From assembly GCA_904063045.1 (NCBI GenBank), contig CAJFCJ010000176.1, positions 1 to 37,071 of the forward strand: DNA of 37,071 bases, read 5' to 3'. How positions within the stretch are numbered: the first letter of the stretch is position 1; every line of letters begins with the position of its first letter. The notes beneath the pieces were generated by a model that was not told the origin of the DNA, did no database searches, and saw nothing but the letters and a program-made list of their open reading frames with translations. The position numbers were made by a program, and so were the translations under genes. This document shows, in pieces, positions 12,364-24,268 of this stretch. The stretch comes from Dimorphilus gyrociliatus. Lineage: Eukaryota; Animalia; Annelida.

Positions 12364-13561
12364 TAGAGAGGACCACCGTAATTTAACGTTTTGTCATTCA
12401 AAAGTGTCACTTTTTTATTTCAATTTTTTAACCCTTTTTTATCATTCAAAAATATCATAAAATACCCCCCCTTAATGGGTAAAGAGCTTTTGGCTGAAAT
12501 GAAAAAATTACTTCTCAAATACTATGAAAAAGATAATTTATCTCTAACAGAAATATCAAAAAGGCAAAAACTGAATAGATCTACTATTAGTAAAATAATA
12601 AAAAAAATATATCGAAACAGGTTCTATACAAGCAGACAAGCGTGGTGGAGTGCGTAATTGTAAGCTCCTTCAAGTCCATAAAAATACAATTATGAAGTAC
12701 TTGAATGTAAATGCTTCATTTCCCCCTTAAACAAATAAAAGCCTCTTACATATAGTTTTTGATCTAAATGTAAGTATAAAAACAGTTGATAGGGCAATTA
12801 AAGGCTTTTGCTATAGCTTGAAACGTCTTCATTTAGTTCCAGAAAGGAGAAACTCAGATGATACAATAGAGGCGCGTTACATATATGCAAGAAGCTTTTA
12901 TGAAATGATCAGTAATAATGATGGTCATAGTTTATTTTATATTGATGAGACTGGCTTCAATTTAACAAGGAGACGTAGGCATGGAAGAGCTACTCTTGGT
13001 GCTAAATCTATCATGTCTGTTCTAAGAATAAGATCAAAGAACATCAATATATGTTGTGCTATGAGTAAAGATTGTGTGATTCACCATACGCCATAGTTTC
13101 ATCTTACAATGCTTCAAGCTTTATGCTATTTCTTGAAATGCTATTCATATTTTTAATAACAAATGCTCACAGAGACAATATTAATTATGGATAATGTACC
13201 TTTCCATAAAACAACGGAGGTTAGAAATTATGTTTTATCAGGAGGACATCAAGTGGTCTATTTTCCACCATGTAGTCCATTCTTAAATCCTATTGAGAAT
13301 GTTTTTTACAGTGGAAGTCAATAGTCAAGGGCGCAATATGCCAAACAGAAGAAGAATTAATTAGCTTAATAGATATAGCAGCTATTCAAATTCAAACAAG
13401 TCACTGTCAAAACTTTTATCGAAATTTGTTACCATTTTTGCCAAAATGTGTTGCCAAAGAAGTAATTTTAGGTTATAAATTTAGATTTTTGCAAAAATAC
13501 ATGTTTTTCTTTTATGATATTTTTGAATGACAAAACATGAAGATATGGCGACACCCCCCTG
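12364..13561 (+). mobile_element. IS630-like Tc1/mariner element
   Basis: Diverged ~40-bp TIRs sharing GTTTTGTCATTCAAAA. Right end ...CACCCCCCTG|TA. The left boundary is less certain. Confidence 0.75.
12475..13480 (+). pseudogene. IS630-like DD34E transposase
   Basis: VPERRN, FYIDETGF, IMDNVPFH-(34 aa counted)-PFLNPIEN. Frameshifted. Confidence 0.92.
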
Positions 13562-13586
13562 TATCTTAAAATAAAGAAACTTCCTA

Positions 13587-14258
13587 CAGGTGGTGACGAA
13601 TTTATTTTTATCCTTATGTTGAGAAAACATTTAAGTAAGTAAGAAAAGACTGAAATACTGACTTTAAATAATATAAAAATGTCGATGAATCAATTATCTA
13701 AAATTTACAAGATATAAAGAAGGACTATTTGGAGAATAGTCAAAGAAAAAGATAAAAATTGGGATGATAATGGTGAGACAAGAGGAAGAAAAAAAGTGGA
13801 TCTATAAATAGAAAAAAAAGTAAAATCTACTTTATTAGAAAACTCAACAACATCCTTAAGAAAAATTGCAAACAAAATTAATAGTGGTACTGGCAGAAAA
13901 AGCTCACATATGACGATACAACAGTATTTAAACGATAATGGTATCAAAGCTTACTCACCAATCAAAAAGCCAAAAGTCCACCAATACATATAAAAAATAG
14001 AGTAACAATATCAAGAGAACTATTCTTCAATCGGCTTGGTTAATTTGATAAGATTATGTTTACTGATGAGAGAAATATAATCTATACCATTCTGATGACA
14101 GGGTAGAAGTTTTGAGAAAAAAGGAAAGGGGGTATGAAGACAAAAATTTACAAAAAAAGGTAAAATTTAATGGAGGAAGTATAATGGCTTGTGGGATAGT
14201 AGAAGAGTCGGAAGCTTAAAAATAATTGAAAAAAGAATGAATACTATGTAGATTTATT
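13587..14258 (+). pseudogene. 5' fragment of a Tc1 related to element C, truncated at the Merlin end at 14259
   Basis: TA|CAGGTGGTGACG at 13587. ATG at 13616 reads LRKHLSK*EKTE...TIWRIV...SLRKIA...AYSPIKKP...FTDE...KFNGGSIM. Confidence 0.82.
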
Positions 14259-14392
14259 GGATCATGAGTAAAATTCCTCCCCGGGGGAAAATTTTACTCA
14301 TGAGTCCAAATAAGAAATTAACTTCTAGAGAATATATTTTCTATCTAGAATAACTAAATAAAAAAAATAATAAAAAAATAAAACAAATATTG

Positions 14393-14671
14393 ATAATCAA
14401 ATAAATAATAATCATAACTAATGATTAAATATAAACTTCGAAATAAATAACAAATAACTAATAATAATAAAAAAATGTCAATAATCAAATAAATAATAAT
14501 CATAATTAATGATTAAATATAAACTTCGAAATAAATAACAAATAACTAATAATAATAAAAAAAATGTCAATAATCAAATAAATAATAATCATAATAATGA
14601 TTAAATATAAACTTCGAAATAAATAACAAATAACTAATAATAATAAAAAAATGTCAATAATCAAATAAATA
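14393..14671. repeat. ~88-bp tandem repeat, 3 full units plus a partial unit
   Basis: The CTTCG marker recurs at 14436, 14524 and 14612. Confidence 0.95.
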
Positions 14672-14724
14672 AAAAAATAAATACTAAAAATAATCAATTA
14701 AATAACATGTTATAAATAGCTCAA

Positions 14725-15605
14725 AGAATTTTAATAAATCAAAAACTGCATCTCCCATTCTATGCTTATTATTAAATAAAAAACAGAATTCAGTTAAAAA
14801 GCTTGGCATTTGTCGGTTCTTACGCCTTTTCTTATTTTTATTTCTCTTTTCAAACAGTTGTGAAAAGACTCAACTGCTTGAGTAGGGTGCCGTTCTCAGC
14901 AATAAACTCATATTTATGACACACAGTGTCATGCAAAAATTCATATTCACTTAATCGTGAATAGGCACTATGTTCATCTGTATGTATAACAGATCCATGT
15001 AAAACCTGCTCACATATAATTGGAACAATAGTATTTGCCCTTTTATTTGGAATAACACGTGCAAAAACACGTGCTATTCTGTCATTAAACTTATAATACA
15101 CAGAGAATCGGTCCTATTAGTAGGTGCATGTCCTCTGTGTGCTTTTATTGCATGGTTAAGCATGGTTTCGTCTATCTGGACAATTTTACCACGCCCTCCA
15201 GCTTATTTCTTGTAAAGTCTATCAATGGTATCAACCACGAAATTTACTAAGCAACTTTTCGATGCTTTTACGACTTATATTAAAAAAGTTTTTTATGCTA
15301 TAATCAGGACATCTTGTTGTATACATGAGTAAAATCTCCAAGATTGTCCTGATTGGCATGTTAAATCCTTTGAAAAAAATGTCAGTTCTTACAGAAATAT
15401 ACTTTTTGTTCCCAACGCAAGAATTTCTATAATACCTTCATGCTTTACCTTCGGAAGATCTTCTATACACAGCCAAACTCATAAAACATTGACATTCAGC
15501 AAATTTCACCTCAGTTCTTATGAATCTGTTTTGCAACAGGAAATTCATAAAAGTGTCATCGGATGATCTAGTTAAAAACCTAGAAAAGGATACAGCACTA
15601 TTCAT
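14725..15605 (-). pseudogene. Merlin transposase
   Basis: MNSAVSFSRFLTRSSDD...; RVIPNKRANTIVPIICEQV; IHTDEHSAY; CHKYEF. Homologous to 30458-31348. Confidence 0.9.
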
Positions 15606-16078
15606 TTGAGGGTCATTTCGATTTTTTGTATTTATAGTATTTTAATGATTTTGGAGGGAAAATATATATGTTGAAAACATTGTATCTGCGCTGAAATTAC
15701 GTTTTTTATGCTTTTTATTTTTGAAAAGGATCAAAATAATGGAGGGAAATTGAAAAGATCAAAATTTTGCAGGGAAATTATAAAAAAATTAATAGAATTT
15801 TATTTAGCTTATTATTTCTTCGAATTTAAAAAAAGGGGGGATTTTACTCATGATCCGAATTTTGAAGGAAAAGATAAGAAGGTCATTATCAAATAACAAC
15901 AATATAGATATAGATAAATTAGAAAATAAAATTATTCGAATATAATAACTCGCAACACAGATCTACTAGATACATTCCTTTTTTATTTATAAAAAAGCGA
16001 TAAACACAACTAATATTTCAACAAGAGAGGCTAACGTGGAAAGGAGTAATGTTAGAAACAATATAATAAAATATTCTA

Positions 16079-17399
16079 CAGGGGATTTCACGAATAAATA
16101 TTTTGATTTCATAAATATATATTTTATTTTTGTTAATATAAATTTCAATTTCATAAATAGATATTTGGATTTTACTAATAGATTTAGTTGCTTTAACATA
16201 ATTTTTACCCATAATAACAACAAGCAACAGCACAGAGAAAGTAAGTAAATAGGCTCAGAAAATGAATCTAGCATGCACCAAAATAACAGGAAGAAGAGGA
16301 GGCCAATGTCAAGAGATAAATTCGGACAAATCGTGCGCCTATACCAGACAAAGAACTTAAAAGAGCTTGCAGAGTTGACTAATCTTAGTTATTTAACTGT
16401 GTGCAAAGCTGTTCAAAGGATCACCAGAATATCAAGTGGTATTGATCCTACATATGACTTCTTTATAAAAAATCTGGCAGGCGAACATGGGATAAGTCTA
16501 GTCTACACGCTGAAATATGTGAGATATTTGGTGGAGATAACTCTTTGACACAGGTAGGCCTCCAGAGTAGGTTATCTTCCCAGATCTCATTATCACAGCT
16601 GAATCGTGAGGTCAAAGCTATTGGCCTCAAAAGAAAAAGGTTAAAAACTAGATCTTTGGCGGAGCTTACCGAACCTAATAAACGGGCCAGAGTAGAGTTT
16701 TGTAGCAAGGTTCTGACACATACTAACAGAAACATTCTGTTTTTAGATGAGTCAGGCTTTAACTTACATACATCTATCAATTATGGGTATGCTGTTACAG
16801 GAAAGGATCCTGTGCTACATCATCCCAATAGTCGTGGCACAAACATATTTTTATGTGCTATCATCTCGAGAAATGGTATAGAGCATTATAAGATTGATGA
16901 TGGTGCATTTAACAAAGACCTTTTTTGTGATTTCTTAAGCGAGTGTAATAATAAACAAGTCTATATTGGGCGACCATTAGTTGTAATGGACAATGTTAGG
17001 TTCCGCCACAGTGCCATTATAGTAGAGGCCTGTAATGATTATGGAGTTGAAGTACAATACCTTCCTGCATGCTCTCCAGATTTAAATCCGATAGAAAATG
17101 TATTCGGGACTTTAAAAGCTCATTTAAATGCAATCAGGCCAAGAGTTACAACAGCCTGTCTTTAAAAAGAAATATTGAAATTGCAGTGGAAATGGTGGGT
17201 ATAGATCTAAACAACTACTATCGTGCGTTCTGGGATAGATACATGTTATGCTTAGAAATGAATAAAAAATATTATTCAACTTTTCTTTTTATTTTATGAA
17301 ATAGTTAATTATAAAATCGAAATATATATATATTTATTATTATTTGTGAAATTAAATTTTTATTTATGAAATCAAAATATATAATTATGAAATACCTTG
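16079..17399 (+). mobile_element. IS630-like Tc1/mariner element (1321 bp)
   Basis: TA|CAGGGGATTTCACG... and the reverse complement TA|CAAGGTATTTCATA.... ~39-bp TIRs containing TTTTGATTTCATAAATA. Confidence 0.88.
16273..17299 (+). pseudogene. IS630-like DD34E transposase with two frameshifts
   Basis: FLDESGF; VMDN-(34 aa counted)-PDLNPIEN. Shifts near 16470 and 17155. Confidence 0.92.
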
Positions 17400-17720
17400 T
17401 AATACGTTTATTTATGAACATAACACTATAATTAATCAGAAACAAGTGGTGGCGGGGGAAACAGTATTACTATTTAAAGATTTTGACATGAATATCAAAA
17501 CACGAAGAAATACATTTGAATTAACATATTATAAAGAACAATATAATGTGGTAACATTTTAAGACATTATTTTTTTAAACATATGTTGTAATACAGAGAA
17601 AGATAAGAAAAGGAGAAAATTAAAAAAATATGTTCTCGACCACCTAAAAAAATTAAAACTTTAATGTATAATAATATTTTAGTACTTTAAATTTCAATAA
17701 CATACATGAGAATATATTTT

Positions 17721-18794
17721 GGTCCATGCGCACTATACCCTGCTTTTGAAATTTCTTAAGGTACCCCTTTTAAAATGAGAATTGTAAGAAAAAGTATAGT
17801 AAACGAGGCTCAGCTTTTAGATAACGACACAATTAGGCTTTTCTGTAACAGGGAGTCATATTTATAATATAGACTTCAAAATTAAGAACAAACCAATGAA
17901 TTCCTAGCCTCTATAGGCTTAATAAAGAACAAAAGTAAATGTTCTACATGCAGCAATGACATGAGTTATGTCAAATCCAATGTAGATATTGATATGTTTC
18001 GGTGGAGTGTACTTGTGGAAAAAGAAGTAGTATAAGAAATGGAAGCTTTTTTTTAAGTTATAGAGTGGAACTACCAATATTAGTTAAAATTATGTTTAAA
18101 CTTTCTGAAAATATTGAACTAAGTGTTATTGCCTTTGATTTAAATGTTTCTCGAAATACAGTATCAAAGTGGGCTTGTTTTGTTAGGGAGGTCTGTGCTA
18201 ATCATATAATAATAAATAATCAAAAGCTTGGAGGAATTAATACTGATGGCTCTCCTAAAATAGTGGAATTAGATGAAAGTCTATTTTTTAAACGGAAATA
18301 TTATAGAGGGAGAATAACTAATAGACAATGGTACGTATCAGGGAAAGAAAGAGGGGCAAAAAAGGCATTTATTGTACCAGTAGAAAACAAAAATGCTTCT
18401 ACTATGAGAAGAATAATTATAGAAAATATGAACCTGGGACAAGAGTAATAACTGATGAATGGGCTGCTTATAATGCTGCATTCAGTAGAATCAACACATT
18501 AGATAATATAAATTATGGACATGACAGCGTAAATCACACTTATCACTTTCTAGATCCAAGAGATCCTTCTATTTACACACAAACAATAGAAGGATTTTCC
18601 CTCAGTCGAAATATCATCTCCGAAGAAAAAATGGTGCTAGTAGACATGACCAATATTTACATCTAACTGAGTTTTTATGGATTTATAAAACTAAAAAAAA
18701 CAATAGGTTTACAGAAGTATTAATTTTAATAAAAGTTTAAAGTTTTTAGTTTTTTTTAATTTTTAAAAGGATGATGGTATATTGTGCCTCCACC
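17721..18794 (+). mobile_element. Merlin element with degenerate ends
   Basis: GGTCCATGCGCACTATACC versus the reverse complement GGTGGAGGCACAATATACC. TSD is poor. Confidence 0.65.
17775..18740 (+). pseudogene. Merlin transposase
   Basis: CSTC...CTC; VELDESLFFKRKYYRGR; ITDEWAAY; YTQTIEGF. Same subgroup as 7951. Confidence 0.92.
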
Positions 18795-18954
18795 CTTATT
18801 TCTATAATATAATGGTGTGCGGCGTTCCCGCCTTATAAATATCTTTCAAAAACGTTGTTTGAGTATTAGATTTTATTGAGCTAGTTGTTTATTTTTATTG
18901 TGGGATCCTAAATGCTAACTTTCTATTTTAAAATATTTTCTAGATAAAATTTAG

Positions 18955-20070
18955 GGCTCATGAGTAAAATTATCAATCCTGGTTCTATAATTTTCTAATT
19001 ATTCTAACTCTCAACATTGAATCTAAAAAAAATTCCCTCTAAAATGGTCAATTAACTATAAATACGAGAATAAAACTACCCCTTTCATATGGTATACACA
19101 AAAATTTGATTTATTTTTAATTCTGTCATCTAATGATTGTTTTATTAATTTTCTTTTCGAAAATCGTTTCTTGAAAGCAGAGGTTAGCTGTCTTTCATGC
19201 AAATCACATATGAGCCTAGCAAAATATTGTAGATTGACTGAGGGTAGAGCATATAGATGCTATAGAAATGCATGTGAGGGGAGAATAAAATATATTTCGA
19301 TAAAAGTGGGCTGTTTTTTTGAAACATTCTAGATGCCAACAAGGATAATCTTGCAATATTACTTCAATATTTGGTGAGAAATCCTTATTACTCAATCAAA
19401 AGACATTTTATTTGAGAAGAAGCAGCGTTGAAAAAGTATTAAGTAGGTGTAGGTCTCTTATACCTTCAGTAAATTTTTCAAATGAAAAACTTGGTAACCC
19501 AAGTGTTGTGATGCAAGTCGATGAAACTGTGTTAAATCATAGTTTTAAGCACACAGGGGTGTGCTCCTAATAATAAGACAGATTCTTTGTGCATAGTAGA
19601 GGTAAAGGGTAGGATTACTCGTGCTTTTGCACCGGTAATTCCAAACAAAAGGGGTCAACAATTGTTCCTATAATATGTGAATAAATTCTAAGTGGCTCGA
19701 TAATACATACTGATGATCATGGGGTATACTCAAGATTATTGGAATACTAATATTTACATGATACAGTATGTCACAAGTACAACTTTTTTGCAGAAAATGA
19801 AATCAGTACTCAAGATATTGAGTCATTCCATAGCTAATTAAAATGAGAAATCAAGATACGTAAAGGAATCAAAACCGAAAGGCGACAGCAGTTTCTTAAT
19901 GAGCTTTGTTATATTTTTAATAATAGGCATAGAATGAGAGATGCTGTTTTTGATTTGATTTTTTTTTTTCATTATTTTATTTTAATTTAATTTAATTATA
20001 AATATTAATTTTATATTTTTGAACATACCCTTGTCCTTTTCTCCCGGAGGAAAAGGGCAACGGTGATTCG
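18955..20070 (+). mobile_element. Merlin element (GGATCATG-like 5' end, divergent 3' hairpin)
   Basis: 5' end GGCTCATGAGTAAAAT. 3' hairpin TTGTCCTTTTC-TCCCGGAG-GAAAAGGGCAA at 20031-20060. Confidence 0.65.
19089..19960 (+). pseudogene. Decayed Merlin transposase
   Basis: MQVDETVLNH, TDSLCIVE, IHTDDHG, CHKY, TQDIESF, FLNELCY. Confidence 0.88.
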
Positions 20071-20073
20071 CTC

Positions 20074-21054
20074 TTTATTCATCACTATATTTCCACAAGA
20101 ATTAAAATAAGTATAAATGTTGCTCTTCTTGTTTTACACCTTTTTTCTTTCGACGAAACCAGTACTTAGATCATGAGAAAAAACCTTCAACAGATTGTGT
20201 GTGAAGCGTGGATCAAGTGGCCTTATAAATTCATTCGTGTGAGCAACGTCTCTATGTTCTTATATATGACCTGGTTCATTGTTTATTCTGTTAACAGCTG
20301 CATCATAAGCTTGCCACTCATCTGTAATAATATGACTACCTGGATGAATATTATTCAATATGATTTGTTTTATTACAGCAGCATTCTTCCTATTAGTTGG
20401 CACTATGAAACAGTTTTTAGTACCTCTCTAGATACCAGCCACATACCATTGTCCATTTATTATTCTTCCCCTATTGTATTTTCGTTTGAAAAATAGACTT
20501 TCATCTATTTCTACAATTTTTGATTCTCCATTTTCATCTATACCCCAAGCATAGTATTTGATTCTATAATTTTATAAGCAGCTGCTTCTTTCATAAGTCT
20601 TGACCATAGAGAGACTGTTTTTTTATCCAAGCCTAAATCATTGGCAATTTTTTAATTTCGATATCCTCCTTAGTTAATTTGTAAATTCTATTAATCATCA
20701 AGGATAGTTCAATCCTTGTATTGTAGAATAGCAGCCAAATCTTATACTAAGTGGTCTTCTGCATAAACGCCTCCACATAAAGCCATCTATATTTTTCGAT
20801 GAAATTACATAATTTATCATCCTTTCACATCTTTCACACTTCTTATCATTATCTATTAAACCTAGCATTGCACATAACCTATTAGTACCTGACTTTTTTG
20901 ATAAAAAATTTTCAGTAATACTTAAACTTTTGGTGTAATCATTAATATCCTTCCCCTTTGTCTCTACTTTTTCTTTTATTAAAGTTATTGTTTTTTCAGG
21001 GGTATATAGGGAGGGGTCAAGGAACTTGAGATAAAATTCATTTTTTCTATACAC
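20074..21054 (-). pseudogene. Merlin transposase, termini not resolved
   Basis: CERC; VEIDESLFFKRKYNRGR; ITDEWQAY; HTQSVEGFFS. Confidence 0.9.
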
Positions 21055-21109
21055 CGAATTTAAATAAAATTTTTAAAATAATTAAAAAATTTATACTTTT
21101 AAACTAAGG

Positions 21110-21660
21110 ATTCTTTAACTTATTTTTTAATTTACTATGTCACCTATCATTTTTCTGTAAAATGACTCACAATCGGTTGATATTATTTTATGAGAGGATT
21201 TGTTTCTAGAGTTTCGTAATTGTGATTCACTCGTTGGCTTATTTTTTTTTACTAAATTCTTCCAAACAGAAAACACATTCTCTATAGAATTTAAAAATGG
21301 TGAATATGGTAAAAATTATTTTATTGTATAGTTCTTTTAATTATTTTGTCCTTTAGTTTCCTGTAGTAATGAATTCTAGCATTATCCAATATAAAAATAT
21401 GTGTTTCAATTCCCAAAAGTATCCTTTGAAATCTTCACCTTATACAAATCATTCATGAATCTTGTAATAAATCATGGCATACTTGTTCATGGTAGTAACA
21501 AAAAATATATTTCTGTTTTTTGTATGGCCACAGCAAATCCCATTTCATCTATGAAAATAAAGTTTTTATCTTCAATTTTTGATTCCATCTCACGATAACT
21601 TCTAACATACTCTTTTTGTTTTTCTATGCAGCTATTGGTTCTCCTAACATAAGGTAAATG
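21110..21660 (-). pseudogene. Internally deleted IS630-like transposase fragment
   Basis: FIFIDEMGF; ILDNARIH; PYSPFLNSIENVFSVWKN. Confidence 0.85.
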
Positions 21661-22103
21661 CATGATTTAGGGTCACTTCCCAAATTCGCACCCCAGGGGG
21701 TAAATATGGGGAAGTATAGGGGGTCCCGATCAAATTGGGATTTTTTTCAATAATTAATTTTTATGCTAATTTCTGATTTTTTGTAAATATAAAGAAAGAT
21801 AAAAGTAATATTTTTATAAAAAAAAATTTTTAACAAAAAATTAAAGAAAATTTATTCTAATATTTCTTCTCCTGCTTTACACCGTGGGAAATAGCCTAAC
21901 ATCTTTCTAAAAAGCCAGCACAGTCTGAGTTTGTAATTATTGAAAATCCTTGTTCTATATAGCTCAGTAAAGAAGTTGTATCACTAGGACTTGACCTTTT
22001 TACATAATTTTTCCATTTTGAGAAAGCATTTTCAATAATGTTTTAAAAAGGGGGGATAAAGTGGCAAATAAAGAACTCTGAGTTCTTTATCTATAATGAT
22101 CTA

Positions 22104-22560
22104 GGGTTATGTAAAGAATAGTGTGGTTTTGAAAATTTAAAGCCCCCTTTTTAAATAAAATGGTTTTCATAAAAAATTCAAATTATATAATAGGTGAACC
22201 AGAAATTTTTACGTTTTCTGAAATCAGATCTTTAAAATTACGAGTTAATTATTTCGAAAACATAAATGATAAAAAAGAATTACTTGACCTTATGGCTAGA
22301 TATCGATTGATAAATAACAAGCAAAAGTGCCCTGAGTGTAGAGTTTCAATGTTTTTACACAAAGAAAATAAATTAATTGATGGATTTAGGTTTGTTTGTA
22401 GACTATGCAAAACAAAGCAGTCTGTTAGATATGGAAGTTTTTTCTTTAATTGTAAATTACCATTCAAAATTATACTAGTCTTATAGATGGTTATATGCGT
22501 GCCCAAAGTATAAAAAAGAATCTATCGAGTGATGCTCTAAAATTGAGTAAGAGAGAATAT
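22104..22560 (+). mobile_element. 5' fragment of a Merlin of the 10931 family
   Basis: GGGTTATGTAAAGAATAGTGT end. ORF 22160-22486 is highly similar to 10987-11290. Confidence 0.85.
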
Positions 22561-22616
22561 AAAAGATATCATGTAAGTTTTTTCCCAATATATCAATATA
22601 GTAAATACATAAGAAA

Positions 22617-22640
22617 ATATATTAGACGCGTCTAATATAT
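22617..22640. repeat. Perfect 24-bp palindrome ATATATTAGACGCGTCTAATATAT
   Basis: Self-complementary; core ACGCGT. Confidence 0.95.
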
Positions 22641-22760
22641 AAATTTGTATGGAGAGCAAAAAATACAACCCCAACTTTTTAGAATACAACTTTACTTCGC
22701 AAATCTCCATCTGAATTAAAAGAAGGAAAAATCTCTTTTGAGGAATCTTATGGAAGTACC

Positions 22761-23202
22761 ATGTTAAAAAAATTAGTTTGCGAGAGAGAGAAACATTTTG
22801 TTGCTGTCCACGAAGAGATGAGCGAAAGAAAGACGGTTGTTAAGGACGAATTAAAGGGCTTAAAAGCTTCAACAATGGATGATGTTAGTGAAGTATCTTG
22901 GCACATAGACGTTGAGAATTTTCAGGTTCTTCTTAAGGGATTAGAGACTTGCGGCTATGTGATAACAACGGCAAAGGAAGTCGAAATAGTTTCATCTCAA
23001 CACCAACCAGTCTGGATTAAAAATAAGCTTCATTCAAAAACGTCATTAAGAGCTACAATGGAATGCGTGCAATACTTTGCTACTGTGGAAAAGAATAGAA
23101 ACATTAAAGCCAATGAAGCTTGCCACGTTGTTTGGTTAGAATCATCCCACATAACTGCACCTTTTTCGAATATAGTGCCCACGTACGAAAAACTATTAGT
23201 TT
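22761..23202 (+). CDS. Hypothetical protein, truncated by the assembly gap
   Basis: 147 stop-free codons (frame open from 22683), about 35-43% GC in sampled lines. No recognisable motif. Confidence 0.4.
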
Positions 23203-23394
23203 NNNNNNNNNNNNNNNNNNNNNNNNNNNNNNNNNNNNNNNNNNNNNNNNNNNNNNNNNNNNNNNNNNNNNNNNNNNNNNNNNNNNNNNNNNNNNNNNNN
23301 NNNNNNNNNNNNNNNNNNNNNNNNNNNNNNNNNNNNNNNNNNNNNNNNNNNNNNNNNNNNNNNNNNNNNNNNNNNNNNNNNNNNNNNNNNNNNN
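23203..23394. other. Assembly gap (192 N)
   Basis: Run of N. Confidence 1.
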
Positions 23395-24268
23395 AAAACG
23401 ATTTGATTGAGGATTTATATATGTGTAGAGTCTGTTAAGTCGCTTTGAACCTTAGAAAGGATAAACATAAGGCTGATGGATTTTATTTTTTCTGTGGTGT
23501 GTGCAAGAAGAAAAAATGCTACAAAGTCACAATTGGATACTCAAAAATAAAAATTTCTCTAATTGAATTTTTCAGAATCTTATTATGTTTCATAAAAGAA
23601 AATAAAGTTAAAGAAGCAGAAGAAACCCTCAAGATTTCTAAAAAAAACAATTATTAAATATTACTCAATGATAAGAAATGCTATAAAAGAAAATATAGAT
23701 GATAATGCTGAGAGACTTGGAATTTTGGTGAAGTAGAAATTGATGAAACATTAATCAGCAAAAGAAAGTTTAATAGAGGAAGATTTATTGAACAAAAGTG
23801 GCTATGGGAGCTATTGAGTGGAATACAGGATAGTTTTATCTTAAGACGTGGAAAACAGAACACTGCCTGTATTGAGACAAGTTATTAGAGATACAATTCA
23901 TGATAACTCAGTTGTATTAAGTGATGAGTGGCCATCATACATGCACTTCTTTGGAGGAAACGATACATATTATCATGAGAGTATTAACCACAAAAACAAC
24001 TTTGTAGACCCATCATCTGGGCTCATACCCAAAATATAGAAAATTTATGGTCTAGATTGAAAAGAACGCTAAGAGGAAGATATTTAAGTTCTAGAAGCTC
24101 TTTAGAGTTATATTTATCTGAATTTTGATTTAGATGCAAAAACAAAAAAAAATCAATATTGGCAATATTCAAGGAAATATTATTATTAGTTAAAAATATA
24201 TAAATTTTAATTATTTTTTTTGAAAGGAAGGGGTGTAACAATTTTTGAAGGTTCTCGGAATTTACACC
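23395..24268 (+). mobile_element. Merlin element with its left end lost in the gap; pseudogene ~23395-24202
   Basis: CRVC...CGVC; EVEIDETLISKRKFNRGR; LSDEWPSY; HTQNIENLW. Right end ...TTTACACC, with an inverted GGTGTAA at 24232. Confidence 0.88.

Larger units (their letters stand above)
14259..15856 (-). mobile_element. Merlin element (GGATCATG family) with a 3' palindrome and internal tandem repeat
   Basis: Perfect 16-bp TIR GGATCATGAGTAAAAT. 49-bp palindrome at 14259-14307. No convincing TSD. Confidence 0.88.
15857..17562 (+). pseudogene. C-terminal part of a second rve integrase, split by element 16079-17399
   Basis: ILKEKIRRSLS...YNNSQHRSTRYIPF (post-catalytic helix). In frame across the TA: IIKYS|NTFIY...GETVLLFKDFDMNIKTRRNTF...YNVVTF*. 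Confidence 0.62.

Noticed and set aside
14393-14671. CRISPR array, or a real CDS at 14506-14697
   Set aside because: The units are wholly repeated with no unique spacers and there are no cas genes. The ORF is a low-complexity translation of the repeat.
15857-15990. Continuation of the 13616 Tc1 after the Merlin
   Set aside because: It translates as an integrase post-catalytic helix (YNNSQH..PF), and no TSD is present.
17660-17700. Another fragment of the long-TIR family
   Set aside because: Only ~35 bp of AT-rich similarity, too weak to support.
22761-23438. A 225-aa ORF spanning the gap
   Set aside because: Translation through N is artificial; the sequence after the gap is a Merlin Zn-ribbon region.
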